This document shows, in pieces, positions 38,057 through 51,263 of a stretch of DNA of 64,000 bases (positions within the stretch are counted from its first letter, which is position 1; every line of letters starts with the position of its first letter). Below the pieces are notes generated by a model, which saw only the letters and a list, made by a program, of their open reading frames with translations, was not told where the DNA came from and made no database searches. The DNA comes from Eledone cirrhosa (Eukaryota). A program made the position numbers and the translations under genes. The stretch covers positions 248,062,001 through 248,126,000 of the forward strand of contig OZ024740.1 of NCBI GenBank assembly GCA_964016885.1, in the 5' to 3' direction.

Positions 38057-39307
38057 CTAGCAGAATGGCCCGGCGTTGCTCGGGATTTGCTCTAGGGTTC
38101 TTATATATTTGATATATATTTATCCTTATCGAGCCTCGTGAAATAAATACATTTGTTTATATTTTGTTATTGTGTATGCAAAAATATCTGTACATATATA
38201 AAAATATCTGTAAATATATATATATATTAAAATAACAGATTAAAGTTTAAGCAAAGAATCGCTGCTTTCACCCTTAACGGGATCTTCTGAAACTAGAAAA
38301 ATCAATCTGTGAACACAGAAGTAAATATTTCGAAAAACGTTACACACTATATATATATATATATATATGGTGGCTGCCAACTCGTTTTCGAGTATGGCCA
38401 CTACTTTATATCCATGTAGGAGAACCCCTACCAATGCACTGAACGAGTGTGACTTTTTAGTCCAGCCAGCGACTTGAAAACTCTGGCACAAACACTACAC
38501 TTGTGACAATTATTGACACATAGTGTACATGGTACCATGTGATGACAAGTGCAGAGAGATCTCCAGATACAAAGCAATGCCTGTGCCGTGAAGCTTTTAT
38601 AGTGAGCAAAGGCACTGCACAAAGCCAGTCCCACTCTCTTAACCAAGATGATATTTCCCAAAAAGAAGAACAAGTCAACATCATTGGATACCATCAGGGT
38701 TGCAGGTGTTATATCAGAGTTTTCCTTCTCCTAGAATTCTGCCTTGACAAAGGCTAAGGGGTCATCTCTCCCAGTGATTTTGGATGGCCATTGACTCTTA
38801 AGAGCTCCTCTGCCCTTTGACAGGTTTGTTTTTAGTCCTGTAGGATGTCCAAAGTCACCCTCCTCACCAAGAAACCTTAGTGGGGTTGCCAGTTTAGCCG
38901 ACCATGAGACAGGTTGTCCTGGGATACATGTTACCAGTAGCACCAAGTGGTGACCTGACATAATATGTATATATATATACACACACTATATATACATATA
39001 TACACAAACACACAGCGACGTCATAATGTTGTACTGCAGACATTCAGACATACAGACAGGTATTATAAGGGCGCAACGTTATATCTATGTATTTATCTAA
39101 AAAGAAAGACTAAAAATTAAAGAGAGAGATTGCTAAATCACGTAATGCGGTCCCTAGGGCATTAAAAATTTGAAATATTGTTTGCTCTAAACACTCACAG
39201 GACCATAAGTGTTACATGTGTAAAGTTTGAAAACAATCGGTTGGGTGGTTCTCGAGTTTTAGGGAATCAGACAGATAGACAGACATTTTCTGTTTTAGAT
39301 ATATAGA
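38057..39307 (-). mobile_element. Non-autonomous Helitron with captured HHR fragment and nested bipartite RTE element
   Basis: Minus strand a|TCtatatatctaaaacag ... cccgagcaacgccggg hairpin, CTAG|t. Collinear with 46501-47163. Confidence 0.8.
38368..38962 (-). mobile_element. ~600-bp non-autonomous bipartite RTE-type element
   Basis: RTE/BovB-like 5'UTR motif ggagaaggaaaactctgat joined to a C2H2 tail CSVCARVFKSLAGLKSHTRSVH and a short 3'UTR. Homologous copies at 51848 and 56118. Confidence 0.65.
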
Positions 39308-39310
39308 TAA

Positions 39311-39552
39311 CTAGCAATAAAGCCTGGCGTTGCTCGGGGCTGCTCAGTAGCTGTGTTAAAGTTATAATGTTAAGTTCCTTTCTTGGCTTAAAAACTGTAG
39401 AGTCTACATGTCTACTTTCATGTGGTACTTTTGATTAATATTCCCTCAACCAACAGTATGCCACCGAAACTTGAACGTACGGTTTAGGAGATGTGTGCCG
39501 ACCTTTTTAGTAGACAGACAGACAGACAACCTCTCAGTTTTATATATATAGA
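39311..39552 (-). mobile_element. Mini non-autonomous Helitron (242 bp)
   Basis: TCtatatatataaaactgag start; ccgagcaacgccagg hairpin then CTAG; lies 3 bp from the neighbouring Helitron. Confidence 0.7.
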
Positions 39553-39631
39553 TTATATATATATTAGACATATTTAAATAAATATAGAAATATATATATA
39601 TTATATATATACATATTATATATATACATAA

Positions 39632-39695
<64 letters not shown>

Positions 39696-39698
<3 letters not shown>

Positions 39699-40665
39699 AC
39701 TATTAGCTGCTAAAGGGTTCTCCCTAAAAATGAAAGGCAGGTTGTATGATGCCTGCATACGAACAGCAATGTTGCATGGCAGTGAGACCTGGGCATTGTG
39801 TGCAGAGGATATACGCAGACTAGAGAGGAACGAAGCTTGCATGCTCCGCTGGATGTGTAATAGTAATATACGTGAACGGCTAAGCATAAACGAACTAAGG
39901 AAAAAATTAGAAATAAGAGGGATCAGATGTTGTTTACTCGAGAGAAGGCTTCGTTAGTATGGTCACGTGATGCATGAAAGACGACAGCTGTATAACAAAG
40001 TGCAGGGCAATAAAGATAGATGGTAGCCACGGAGTAGGCAGACCCAGGAAAACCTGGGACGAGCTGATAAATTCCGACCTCACACACTTACACCTCTCCA
40101 AGACAATGTCACTGGACCAAGACCTTTGGCGGTACTCAGTAACAGAGAAGACCCACCTTACCTAACTACAAAGTAAAACCTACTAGTCAGTAGGCATCTC
40201 TAACAAAATACACCCCCGTCCCACCCCATCCACACCTCCCCCTTCTATGTAAAGTTATGTTGGTGCCACAACATCCAGGCCGAAACAAACGAGATTGTGT
40301 AGTTGTCACGACAAAAAACACACAGTCCACGCTGTAATGTGGCCGTGTAGGCAACACGGTAAAAACCTCCCAGTCCCACACTGTAAATGTGGTTGGTGTT
40401 AGGAAGGGCATCCAGCTGTAGAAAACACGCCAGACAGTCCACGCTGTAATGTGGCCGTGTAGGCAACACGGTAAAAACCTCCCAGCCCCACACTGTAAAT
40501 GTGGTTGGTGTTAGGAAGGGCATCCAGCTGTAGAAAACCCACCAGACAGTCCTATGCGAGCAAGACAACCACTCTTGCCTCAAGTGGGAAAACCCCCATC
40601 CAAACCCATGCAAGCGTGGAACAGGGACGTTAAACGATGATGATGATGATGATGATGATGATGAT
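39696..40665 (+). mobile_element. 5'-truncated RTE LINE (subfamily C)
   Basis: Nearly identical to the reverse complement of 52521-53500; duplicated 3'UTR block; (GAT)n tail. Confidence 0.9.
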
Positions 40666-40675
40666 ATATATATTA

Positions 40676-41445
40676 TCTATTCATATATATAAAACTGAAG
40701 TTCTCTGTGTGTGTGTGTGTCCTAATTTTGGCAAACTCTATACAAATCCATATTTCTACTCCAATTGACTTCAAACTTGCATTTATATATTCCTTGCGAT
40801 CTAAAGATATTAACTGCAGCTTTTATTTTTCAATTGTTTGTCGTTAAAGACATGTTTTTCACTAAAACTTGAAGCCCTTTTTGTCAGTTAGTTCGTAAAT
40901 TTAGCCTACAATGTTCAAGAGAGGCAACTCTTTAGTATTTTAACTCTTTAGTTACATCTCTTTATAGAGTATCCCTACTTAAACGTGCATCCCTTGAAAT
41001 TGTTGATGGTGACCCCAATAGTAACTACGAAGCGTTTGGCATCCAATATAACAGTTCGCTCTATATCAGATTGGGTAGATTTTTGTAACCTTAAAAGTAT
41101 TCAACTAAATTCCTTCATGCTCTCCACCACTGCAGTCCCACATGCCTACTGCTCTGTAACTATTGCTTTCATTGTACCATAGCACAACAAATAGATGTTC
41201 GGTTTGTCGAATGCCTTTTTACTTAACCCTATCGTCTTGGCTTTCGTGGGTTGAACATTTTACTCTCAGGCACCCAATTAAGTTAAACCCCTGGTAATCT
41301 ACGACAAATTTTTTTTATAAGCACAAAATGTAGACACCATCCCCAGGCCTAGGTATTCTGTAAGTCTCTGTACTGTTTCAGAAAGGAGGGATAAACATGC
41401 CAATCTATGCTCAGAAGCCCGAACAACGCCGGGCCATTCTGCTAG
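40676..41445 (+). mobile_element. Non-autonomous Helitron
   Basis: a|TCtattcatatatataaaactg start; cccgaacaacgccggg hairpin, ccattctg, CTAG|t end. Confidence 0.75.
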
Positions 41446-41488
41446 TATATATATTATATATATAATATATATATACATTATATATATA

Positions 41489-44114
41489 GAGAGGTAGTTC
41501 GAGTTAGTAATCGAATAATTAAGCTTAGATTAGTTGTAGGCAGGAGACTACTGACAATCATCTCTGCCTATGCTCCCCAAGCAGTCCTAGGCAAAGAAGA
41601 GAAAGACTGCTTTTACGAGCAACTTTTACAAACAACCGCAATGACAGAGGACGGAGACATCGTTATGCTAGCAGGGGACTTCAATGGTCATGTTGGACAG
41701 CTCCAGGATGGTTACACTGGGGTACATGGTGGGCACGGTTACGGCTCAAGAAATGAAGAAGGAGTGAGACTTCTTGAATTTTGTGATGCAAGTACACTGA
41801 CTATTTGCAACACTAACTTCCAGAAACCTGCCAACCACCTAATAACCTACAAATCAGGTGCGCACATAAGCCAGATTGACTTCTTACTAGTTAGGCAGCG
41901 GGACAGGCAGATGGTGTCCAATACCAAGGCATACCCTGGGGAAGAATGTACCCCACGGCATAGGTAAGTCGTTAGTGGTATCTCAGTAAGCAAGAGATGG
42001 AATGAGACCTAAAAGACCTTTCACTAAAATACAAATTTAGGAAAGCCCTTCAAGATGTGTATGACGCAAAAGAAGACGATTTAGAGATGTATGACATAGA
42101 TAATAACTGGAATTTCTTACGTGACAACTTACTGCAGGCTACTGATGAAACTTGTGGCTGGAGCAGAGCTCCAACCAGACAGAGAGTGACCTGGTGGTGG
42201 AACAGCACAGTAGATAAGGCCATTAGAGACAAAAGACTATCATGGAAGGCTTGGAAAAAGGGTGGGAGTAGAGAAGAATATACAGCCGCTAAGAGAGAAG
42301 CTAGACATCAGGTGTACTTAGCACGCAGGGAGGCTGAGAGTAGGAGGTTTGCCAATGTTCTGCGGCGGGAAGATCAGAGGCGTGTGGTGTTCCACATTGC
42401 AAGGCAGTGTGTCAATGCATATCAGGATGTTGTTGGAGATAAATGTGTCCGGAATGATGCCGGTGTACTTAGTTTCACGAATGATCAGAAAAAGGAGGCC
42501 TGGAAATGTCATTATGAGAGACTGATGAATGTGGAGAACGAATGGGAGAGAGAGAAATTACTCTCTGTAGATCCGACAGAGGGACCAGCTATTGAGATTG
42601 AAGAATATAGGATCCAAGAGGCGATTAAGGAAATGAAAAATGGTAAGGCTGCTGGACAGTCGGGGATAGTTGCCGAGATGCTGAAGGCATCAGGGGACGT
42701 AGGCACTAAACTGGTTGCACGATGCATCATCAATCAGGCTATATATGGTGGTGTCATACTCAAAGACAGGTGCAGCAGTATTCTCATAAATTGCTACAAA
42801 GGTAAAGGGGATGCTCTGGAGAGGAGCAATTATAGGGGTGTAAAACTGATGGATCAGGTTATGAAAGTGGCAGAAAGGATATTAGCACAACTAATTAGAG
42901 AAAGGGTCAAACTAGATGAGATGCAGTTTGGTTTTGTGCCTGAGAAGAGTACAACAGATGCCCTCTTCTTGGTGAGACAATTACAAGAGAGGTTCTTAGA
43001 GAAAAATAAGCCACTATACTTACCCTTTGTTGACCTAGAGAAGGCCTTTGATAGGGTACGCCGATCTGTCATCTGGTGGTCCCTAAGGAAACTAGGTTTT
43101 GAGGAATGGCTTGTGAGGACAGTGCAAACTTTGTCAGTAAAGTCAGGGTAGGAATGGAGTTTAGTGAGGAATTCCAGATACAAGTAGGAGTACATCAAGG
43201 TTCGGTCCTCATAAGAGAGGAGTTTAAGACTGGCTGTCCATGGGAACTTCTCTATGCTGACTATCAGGTTCTTATAGCAGAATCAGTAGAGGAGCTAGAG
43301 AATAAATTCTGGCTATGGAAACAGCAGTTGGAAGCAGGAGGACTGAGAGTGAACCTAACTAAGACAAAACTCTGATTCCGTCAGGGAGATGGCCATGTTC
43401 GATATGCAGAAAAGGAACTGGCATAAATTCTATAAAATGCACACAATGGAGATCCTGGGTACACAAGACATGTAGTGGGATAGCAGGCAAACTAACAGGT
43501 AGGGAGAAATACGTATGCAGTAGATGTACAGGGAAATTAGACAGTAGAAGTCGCATTGATAGACACATTTCTCAAATGCAGGAGGGCGCTATAGAAGTGG
43601 TGGATAGCTTCCGGTACCTAGGAGATCAGATTAGCATGGGAAGGGGTATTCCGAGGCCATAGTATCTAGAATAAGGACGGGTTGGAAGAAGTTTAGGGAG
43701 CTGCCTCTTCAGCAACTGCAGAGGATATGCGACGGCTGGAGAGAAATGAGGCAAGCATGCTCCATTGGATGTGCAATGCCAATGTGCGTGAACGACCCAG
43801 CATGAATGTGTTGAGAGAGAAACTGTGTCTGAGAGGGATAGAATGTAGTGTGCGAGAGAGGAGACTGAGGTGGTATGGACATGTGATGCGCATGGAGGAT
43901 GACCGATGGGTGAAGAAGTGCCAGGAAATGCTAGTTGAAGGTAGAGGTAGACCATGAAAAACATGGGCGGAGGTGGTGAGAACAGACCTCAGATGGCTGA
44001 AGTTCACGGTGGAGATGACGAAGGACTGTGACAAGTGGAGAGATGCTGTGCTGAATAAGACCCGTCCCACCCTTGAAACAGGGAAAAGCAGACATATGAT
44101 GATGATGATGATGA
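41489..44114 (+). mobile_element. 5'-truncated decayed RTE LINE (subfamily B)
   Basis: APE (AGDFNGHVG) and RT fragments with deletions and frameshifts; PHD remnant at about 43395-43530; (GAT)n tail. Confidence 0.9.
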
Positions 44115-44193
44115 TATATATATATATAGATATATACATATATATATATATGTATATATATATTTAAATATGTATATATATATATATATTTAA

Positions 44194-44254
<61 letters not shown>

Positions 44255-44259
44255 GTATA

Positions 44260-45010
44260 TAGTGGTAGAACACTGGAAGGTAATATCCATAGTGGTAGAA
44301 CACTCAGTCCATGGGACGAGTTAGGTAGAAGTGGTTACACAGCAGTTAGTTCACCATCGCGAGAACAATTGTTTCACCTTAGCGGATCCTCAGCTCGTAA
44401 TGGACATGGTTATATGGAACAAGGACAACCGTACAAACGTACATGCGCAGAAACGATCACTTCTCACAGGCAATACTAAATTGCGTGCGAGAGGTGTAAG
44501 GGAGATAACTGCGAAAGTCGGAAAGTTTCTAGTTGATAAGAAAATTAGGATGTTTTTGTAATTCAATCCGGAGCTTTGTAGTTATGTAAGAGGTGTTTCC
44601 AGACGTGTGGACAACGTGTGAAGAATTCATTTCTCATGTTTAGGCAATCACTATTGCGTAATCTCTTTAGAATATTTATTCGTTCATCAATACATAGTCC
44701 ACACGACGGATTGCCCCTTGCGTATGGCTTGGACTTAGTGATGGATTTCCATTGAATGGAGTAGTCTATACTTGAGTCCTTGAGGCACCATACATGGCTC
44801 GTGAGTTTTGTGGATGAACGTCTGTCCGGGTACCTAAAGGTCGACCGGTGGTTAAGGAAGCGTTCCTTAAATTGGCCCTCCGCCATACCCACATAAGACT
44901 TGACCTCCTGTGGTTGATATGGTCGGTTGGAAATGACCACAGCTTCATAAACTACAGCGGGTGTGTTGCATTGCTGTTGAAGGGGACAAGCTTTCCTACA
45001 ATTTCCATCT
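44260..45010 (-). mobile_element. 5'-truncated Penelope-like element (GIY-YIG domain plus terminus)
   Basis: ORF 44563-45075: CPLQQQC..VVY..YVGMAEGQFKERFLNH..CGLC..RNEFFTRCPH. Confidence 0.85.
44354..44403 (-). ncRNA. Minimal type I hammerhead ribozyme
   Basis: ccattacgag-CTGAGGA-tcc/gctaa/ggt-GAAA-caattg(palindrome)-TT-ctcgcgatgg. Confidence 0.8.
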
Positions 45011-46029
45011 AGCAATTTCACTTGCAAGACATTGATCAGCCTAAGACTATAGTAGACACCTGCCCAAGCTGCCATGCACTGGAATCAAACTAGAAACTAC
45101 ATGGATACGAAGTGATTTTCTGAACAACATAATCAAGTCTTCTTCTATTTATACAGACCGATATACACACAAAAGTATCTTTACAACACAAAATATCTCT
45201 ACTGCCTAAAACTGACAGAAACTAAGCAAGCATTGAAAAGATACCTTGTGGTATTTATTTGATTGCATTCTTTTACATTCTAGGTGCAAATTTTAGAAAC
45301 TGGATGATAAGTTTAGCTCAACTAAGAATTTATCACTGATAATCACTATCAACAATCATAATAAAGATCATGCCAAGAAGGGATCTTCTATATATTCACT
45401 TGAGTCACTAAAATATCTAAATTTCTTTCAAATTACACTCTACAATCTTAAAAAAAGGAAGGGCAAATTAGTATTAGATGTACTAAGTCTGAAAGACATA
45501 ATGGTCACAGCTAGAAACTGTTTGATCATAAGTTTGCTGGATCAAAACCATCTTGCGACTAAACAATAAGACCCTGCATGAGAAAGACAGGATGGCTAAG
45601 TTGGTACAATATTAAATACATGTTCAAAATGTCATAAGTTGAAGTCCACTTTTTTTTTGCTGTGATTCTGAACAGAATATTTTATTCAACATTACCTCAG
45701 TTCATCTGGCTGTTAGGAATATATTTCAGATCATCTGGGAATAGAGAGTTGAACATCTGGGAATATGCATCAAATCATCTTAGAATGGTTATCAGATCAT
45801 CTGGGCATAGAGATCTGGACATCTGGGAGTAGATATCAGCTTGGGAAAGCCTGCAAAATATCAACCTCCAATTTTGGTGGAGCTTTATTTTGCATCTGCT
45901 GAATTCATGACACTGATGCTTAAAAGTTCCTGATATTCAAGAGGCTGTTTTCACATTCACACAGCCTAAACGCATGCACAATGTCCCCACTAAAAAAATG
46001 ATAGTAATTAAAGACAGATAGAAACTTAC

Positions 46030-46157
46030 CTGCAACATATTCTCTTCGGCACTGTTGAAAAGGAAAATGACACTATGCCTCAAAGGTGCGGCCCTCTGGG
46101 ACATTGAACGTAACACCTCAAGCATCACAGCACAACTAGAAGCATCATCACCAGCAC
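46030..46157 (-). CDS. ERMP1: Internal exon (128 nt) of an endoplasmic reticulum metallopeptidase 1-like M28 peptidase, carrying metal-binding/catalytic motifs
   Basis: Acceptor ttgtag| and donor CAG|gtaagt. Translates (G)[42 protein letters not shown], matching the M28 GAxDD and FxxxEE motifs of ERMP1. Ends in phase 0, in frame with the next exon. Confidence 0.93.
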
Positions 46158-46500
46158 CTACAAGACATTGCAGAACAAATCAACATTGCTAATATCTAGA
46201 TTACAAAACATAAGCAGGGATTCAAAACTAATTTACCTATAAGATTATAATTTTTCAAATTTAGCCTCATATTTAAAGAAGAAACGTTTCTTAATACATC
46301 TACACTACATTTTAATTGGTTAGATCTCTTATAATCTTCTGGTGTTTTCTTGGAGGTGTACAAAATACCAAAGGCAGTTCATTTGGCAGGATTGTAAAAG
46401 AAACAGAAAGAATGCATTGTGATATATTTTTTCTGGCTCTCTGCACTTTGCGTTCAAATCCTGCTAGGGTCTACTTCATCTTTCATCCTTTCAGTGTTGA

Positions 46501-47163
46501 CTAGCAGAATGGCCCGGCATTGCTCGGGATTTGCTCTAGGGTTCTTATATATTTATCCTTATCGAGCCTCGTGAAATAAATACGTTTGTTAATATTTTGT
46601 TATTGTGTATGCAAAAATATCTGTACACAAATATACTACTACCCTAAGTATTGAGTACTTTGGTGCGTTATGGTCCACCTGGTTCCTTACCACATTTCCT
46701 TCGTTATATATATATATATATATATATTAAAATAACAAATTAAAGTTTAAGCAAAGAATCGCTGCTTTCACCCTTAACAGAATCTTCTGAAACTAAAAAG
46801 ATCAATCTGTGAACGCAGAAGTAAATATTTCGAAAAACGTTACACACTATATATACATATATATACACACACACACAGGTAGCGTCATAATGTCATAATG
46901 CAGATAGCCAGACATACAGACAGATATTATAAGGATGCGACGTTGTAGCTATGTCTATCTAAAAAGAAAGACTAAGAATTATAGAGAGATCGCTAAATTG
47001 CCTAATACGGTCCCTAGGGCATTGAAAATTTGAAATGTTTTTTGCTCAAAACAGTCACATGACCAAAACTATTACATGTGTAAAGTTTGAAAACAATCAG
47101 TTGGGTGGTTCTCGAGTTTTAGGGAGTCAGACAGACAGACATTCTCTGTTTTAGATATATAGA
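46501..47163 (-). mobile_element. Non-autonomous Helitron inserted into a SINE core
   Basis: TC...hairpin-CTAG termini. Removing it rejoins tttcatcctttcagtgttga|taaagaaagtaccag (SINE core) at an A|T site with no TSD. Confidence 0.85.
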
Positions 47164-47869
47164 TAAAGAAAGTACCAGTTCAGTGCTGATGTAGCCCTAT
47201 CACATGCTGGCTGTTTCATTTAATCAATGGTAAGATGGTTGAGAAGTCTGTATCTGCCAGTGACTACATGGACACCAAAAACCATGAGTTAAAGCATGGT
47301 ATATATCTCCAAGTCTTCCTTGATTGACAGTGACTGCTGTAGTTTTTTAACAAAGTACCTGCCGGACTGGATTCAAACTAAAATATTTTTAAAAAAGCAA
47401 GGAAAAGTGGACGTATGATGATGATGATGAGTACCAAACTAGATTCAAACTAGGAATATTTATTTCTAAATTATGTTTAAGGATAAGGAGCCTTGTTTAG
47501 TATTGAACTATGTATGTATGTAAGAATAGGATACCTGACAATGATCCAAGATCAAATTGATTGAAAGATAGTGTAGATGTAAATATAAAAAAATGTTTTA
47601 CCTCTAAAAAATTAGGGAAATAGTTTAAAAACTTATAATCTTATTAATAACTCATCTCAGCCACTTTGTTTACTAACTTTTAACCCTTTTAATTACTGTG
47701 CTTCTAATGAAATATTTCAGATTTCAATTAATCAATGAAGAATTTGGGAAGAATTTACTAAAATTATAATTTCATTAAAATAGTATTTGTATCAATAAAA
47801 TGTTCTTATATAAAATCATATTCGAAGGTTGTATGAGGAGCTACATTGTTTACATGTGACCCTACCACA

Positions 47870-48740
47870 TTTCAATTGAAAGACAACCACTGCCATTCGT
47901 AGGGAGGGCCTCAATATACAGCTAATACACTCGGGACCTTCACTAAAGCAGATGACTCTACAGACACCGACCTGCATACAATATGTGCACACTTCCTAAC
48001 TGTCCCATCAACAATGTAGAAGTGTGCATGAGAGTGTATGTGGTTTACAAGATCACATGTAAACAATGTAGCTCCTCATACATAGGAGGTACTGTCCAGG
48101 TGTTGCACATACGGATCAAGAAGCACATGACAATGATAGCTTCTTCTGTCAAAAAACAAATTGCTCTAATCATTAATACACAAATAGATAACAAATTAGA
48201 ATATATATATATATGTATAATATATATATCTATAGATAGATATTTAATTAGAAAGTGAACAACACAAAATATAACTACTCCATTACCAAAGGTTTCTGGA
48301 TCCCAGAAATATTAATATACATCTGTGTGTGAATGTGTGTATATATGTGTGTGTATATGTGTATGTCCATGTACATGTATGTTTGTGTATATATATATAT
48401 ATATATATATAGATGTATATATATATTCTTATATATATATTTTACTTTTATCTGAATGTGTGTGTATATGTATGCACACGTATGTCTTTCTATATTGCTA
48501 TATACTTTTATATATTATTTTTCTTACCCTTCTTTTCTTATATATATTTCCCATTATTTTTTCAGCCTCACTTTCAATTTTTAACAGATTTTAAATCTCT
48601 TTTCATATTTTTTATCCATAACATCTCTCTCTGATGACCGATCCAGACGTATATTAATATTGTCTTGGATCCAGAAACCTTTGGTAATGCAGTAGTTATA
48701 TTTTGTTTTGTACACTTTCTAATTAAATAGCTCTGTTCTA
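47870..48740 (+). mobile_element. Penelope-like GIY-YIG remnant with inverted terminal segment and HHR-like motif (48631-48686)
   Basis: CPINN..VVYKITCKQCSSSYIGGT..RIKKH. 48243-48320 is inverted at 48648-48727. CTGATGA-ccgatcca..tggatcca-GAAA-cctttgg-TA, with weak stem I. Confidence 0.6.
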
Positions 48741-48863
48741 TACACAGAGCACTCTTTCTTCCTTTGCTTTTCCTTCACTTTTTTTCCTTCGTACCTTTCA
48801 CTTCAAAAGATCTCAGAAGACCGAGATCTTAGATCTTTTGAAATGAAAGGTATGAATTTCCTG

Positions 48864-48943
48864 GATACCCGCAGAAGAGCATAGAAATGGTGGCTTTCAC
48901 TTAATAATTCTTGCGAAACAGATTTTAGATCTGTCCGGGTATC
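48864..48943 (+). ncRNA. Type I hammerhead-like RNA with full stem III and variant CAGAAGA core
   Basis: gatacccg-CAGAAGA-gcatagaa..ttcttgc-GAAA-cagat/tttag/atctg-TC-cgggtatc; perfect 8-bp stem I and 5-bp stem III. Confidence 0.7.
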
Positions 48944-49612
48944 GAAGGTAGTTGCCCAATATAGGTTTGTTATTTTTATTGATTTATTACTTTAAATCAA
49001 GACAGGCAAACCATATTGTTTTAAAGTAGTATTTTTTCAACCTAGCTAACTTGGTCATTTACAATTCGAACACATGTATACTTGTATCGGTGTTTATCCT
49101 TCTCATATATTCAACTGTATTACACGGCTCGGAAGGATTCCCTTCCTTGAGCTATTTAATTGTAAAAGACTATTTTGAGTTTCTAACTCAATCTATGATA
49201 TATATACATATATATATATTATATATATATACATTGCGTGGTGTGGCTGATAATGTTGTTAGAACTCAATATCCTTGGAAAGATGGTTGCAGCAAGATTA
49301 GGCAGCATGACCAGTAGTTTTTGCAGTAGGTGACCACCGTTTAAGGTTTCCTTGAAGAAGCTCCGCTCAGGTTACAGAGTAATTTACATATATGTGTGTT
49401 TGTGCATAGAACAATGAAAAAAAAAGGAAGAAGTGAGGGGGAGGTAGCTAATTAGTTAATTGTTTTACAATCATTTCAGAAGGTTGATTGATCGTTGAAT
49501 ATCGATGTATCGACTAGCATGGTAGTGGTTAGGCTACTACCTATTTCTAGTCGCAAAGTTCCTGTTCGAGCGACTGTCTTCTTCAGAAACACTAAACTAT
49601 GATTTTATTACA

Positions 49613-49971
49613 GGGTCGGACACCATGCTTTGACACATAGAGTTACGGCCCTTGCCATTCTCAGTTCAAATCCCGCCGAGGTTAACTTTGCCTTTCATCC
49701 TTACGGGGTCGATAAAATAAAGTACCAGTAATGCACGGGGTAATTGCTGGCCTTGTGCCAAAAGTAGAAACAATTATATATATATAAGGGCGGTGAATTG
49801 GCAGTATCGGTAGAGGGTCGGACACCATGCTTTCCAGCATAGTTACGTCGCTTTACGGTCTGAATTCAAATTCTGTCGAGGTTAACTTTGGCTTTCATCC
49901 TTATGGGGGCAATAAAATAAAGTACCAGTAATGTACTGGGTATTTGCTGGCCTTATGCCAAACGTAGAAAC

Positions 49972-49976
<5 letters not shown>
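49613..49976 (+). mobile_element. Two tandem tRNA-headed SINE copies (49613-49777 5'-truncated; 49788-49976 full)
   Basis: Same B-box and ctttcatccttayggggtcgataaaataaagtaccag core as 1487-1668; end in gtagaaacaatt plus (AT)n. Confidence 0.75.
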
Positions 49977-50006
<30 letters not shown>

Positions 50007-50013
50007 ATATAAA

Positions 50014-50215
50014 GACGTGTAGGCGCCACGGAAAAAAGCACCCAGCACTCACTGCAAATGAGGTTGGTATTAGGAAGGGCATCCAGCTGTAGAAATCAAG
50101 TCAGAATCAGTTCCCGTATGAGCAAGAGATGGTCAGCCGACCAGCTACTGCCCACAACAGGACCTGTCTAACCCATGCTAGCATGGAAGAATGGACGTAA
50201 AACGATGATGATGAT
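50014..50215 (+). mobile_element. RTE subfamily A 3'UTR-only insertion
   Basis: Matches 30660-30870; (GAT)n tail. Confidence 0.8.
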
Positions 50216-50393
50216 AAAGAGGCAGAGGCGTGTAGTTTGTGTCCCATTGATTGCGAAAATAGAAGAGAGGGTGATGCATGAGATAAGGGTAGAAGGCTTA
50301 GAAAGCATATAAAGGGTCCGTAAAGAAAGATAGATAATAAAAATAATAATAATTAGAAGTATATCGGTTGTAATACTACTACCTGTAATAATG

Positions 50394-51050
50394 CTTTCTT
50401 TATTAACCACAAGGGTTTACACAAAGAAGACATTAAGGACAGTACAGAACAATACAGGACGGTACAAATGGGCATTTCTGTGTGTAAAAAACAAAAAACA
50501 GAGGATGTAACAAAAAAAAAAAGGACAATGAAAGATTCCCCAATAGGGGGGAGACTTCCGAGGGCCATCGTGGAGAAAACCCATTAAAAAAAGCCACGCT
50601 GACCCTAACCACCAGAGCAAGTGCCCTCTCCCAGTTTTCCACCTTCAATTTACAGGCACATACTCAGAGTAGGCCCATTCACACGGGCCATACTTGCCTC
50701 TCTCACTCATCTTTCAACAAAATGCTGGGAAAAGAGCACTTCCCTCTCTACCATGATTTTCCTTTTCAAATGAAATTTGAAAAAGTTAATCAGGGCAGCA
50801 CCGAAGAGGTAAGTGCTCGTCTTCAGCCCTTTCAAACGCATTCACCATAATATCTCTTTCGCCATGGCCACCAGACAGATAAAAATTGCCTGCCCTTCCT
50901 GGCTAAAGGAAGAGGGTGGGGCAATCCTCACGATGGACTCAGCTGATAGCCGGATCCGTCCTACACGCGACAGCAGGTGTTCGACATAAACCCACATAAA
51001 CTCCACTAATCCTCTATAGAACGCCAAGGTGGAGTTTCCACCGATCACAT
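50394..51050 (-). mobile_element. Probable 3' end of a Tx1/L1-clade LINE
   Basis: Decayed ORF with LVAMAKEILW.MR-type C-terminal signature, T-rich 3'UTR and AATAAA. No RT core in the window. Confidence 0.4.
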
Positions 51051-51207
51051 TGCCCGATTAGTCGAGGGACTACTAGCTGTAATAATAATAGGAATAATGG
51101 TAACAGATAAGATATGGGTATCGTAATTGTAGCATGTAGATAATTCACTTTAAGAGTTATGGTAATGTATAAACACCAGTTGACCCAAACTGGTATGAAG
51201 TATATGA

Positions 51208-51263
<56 letters not shown>

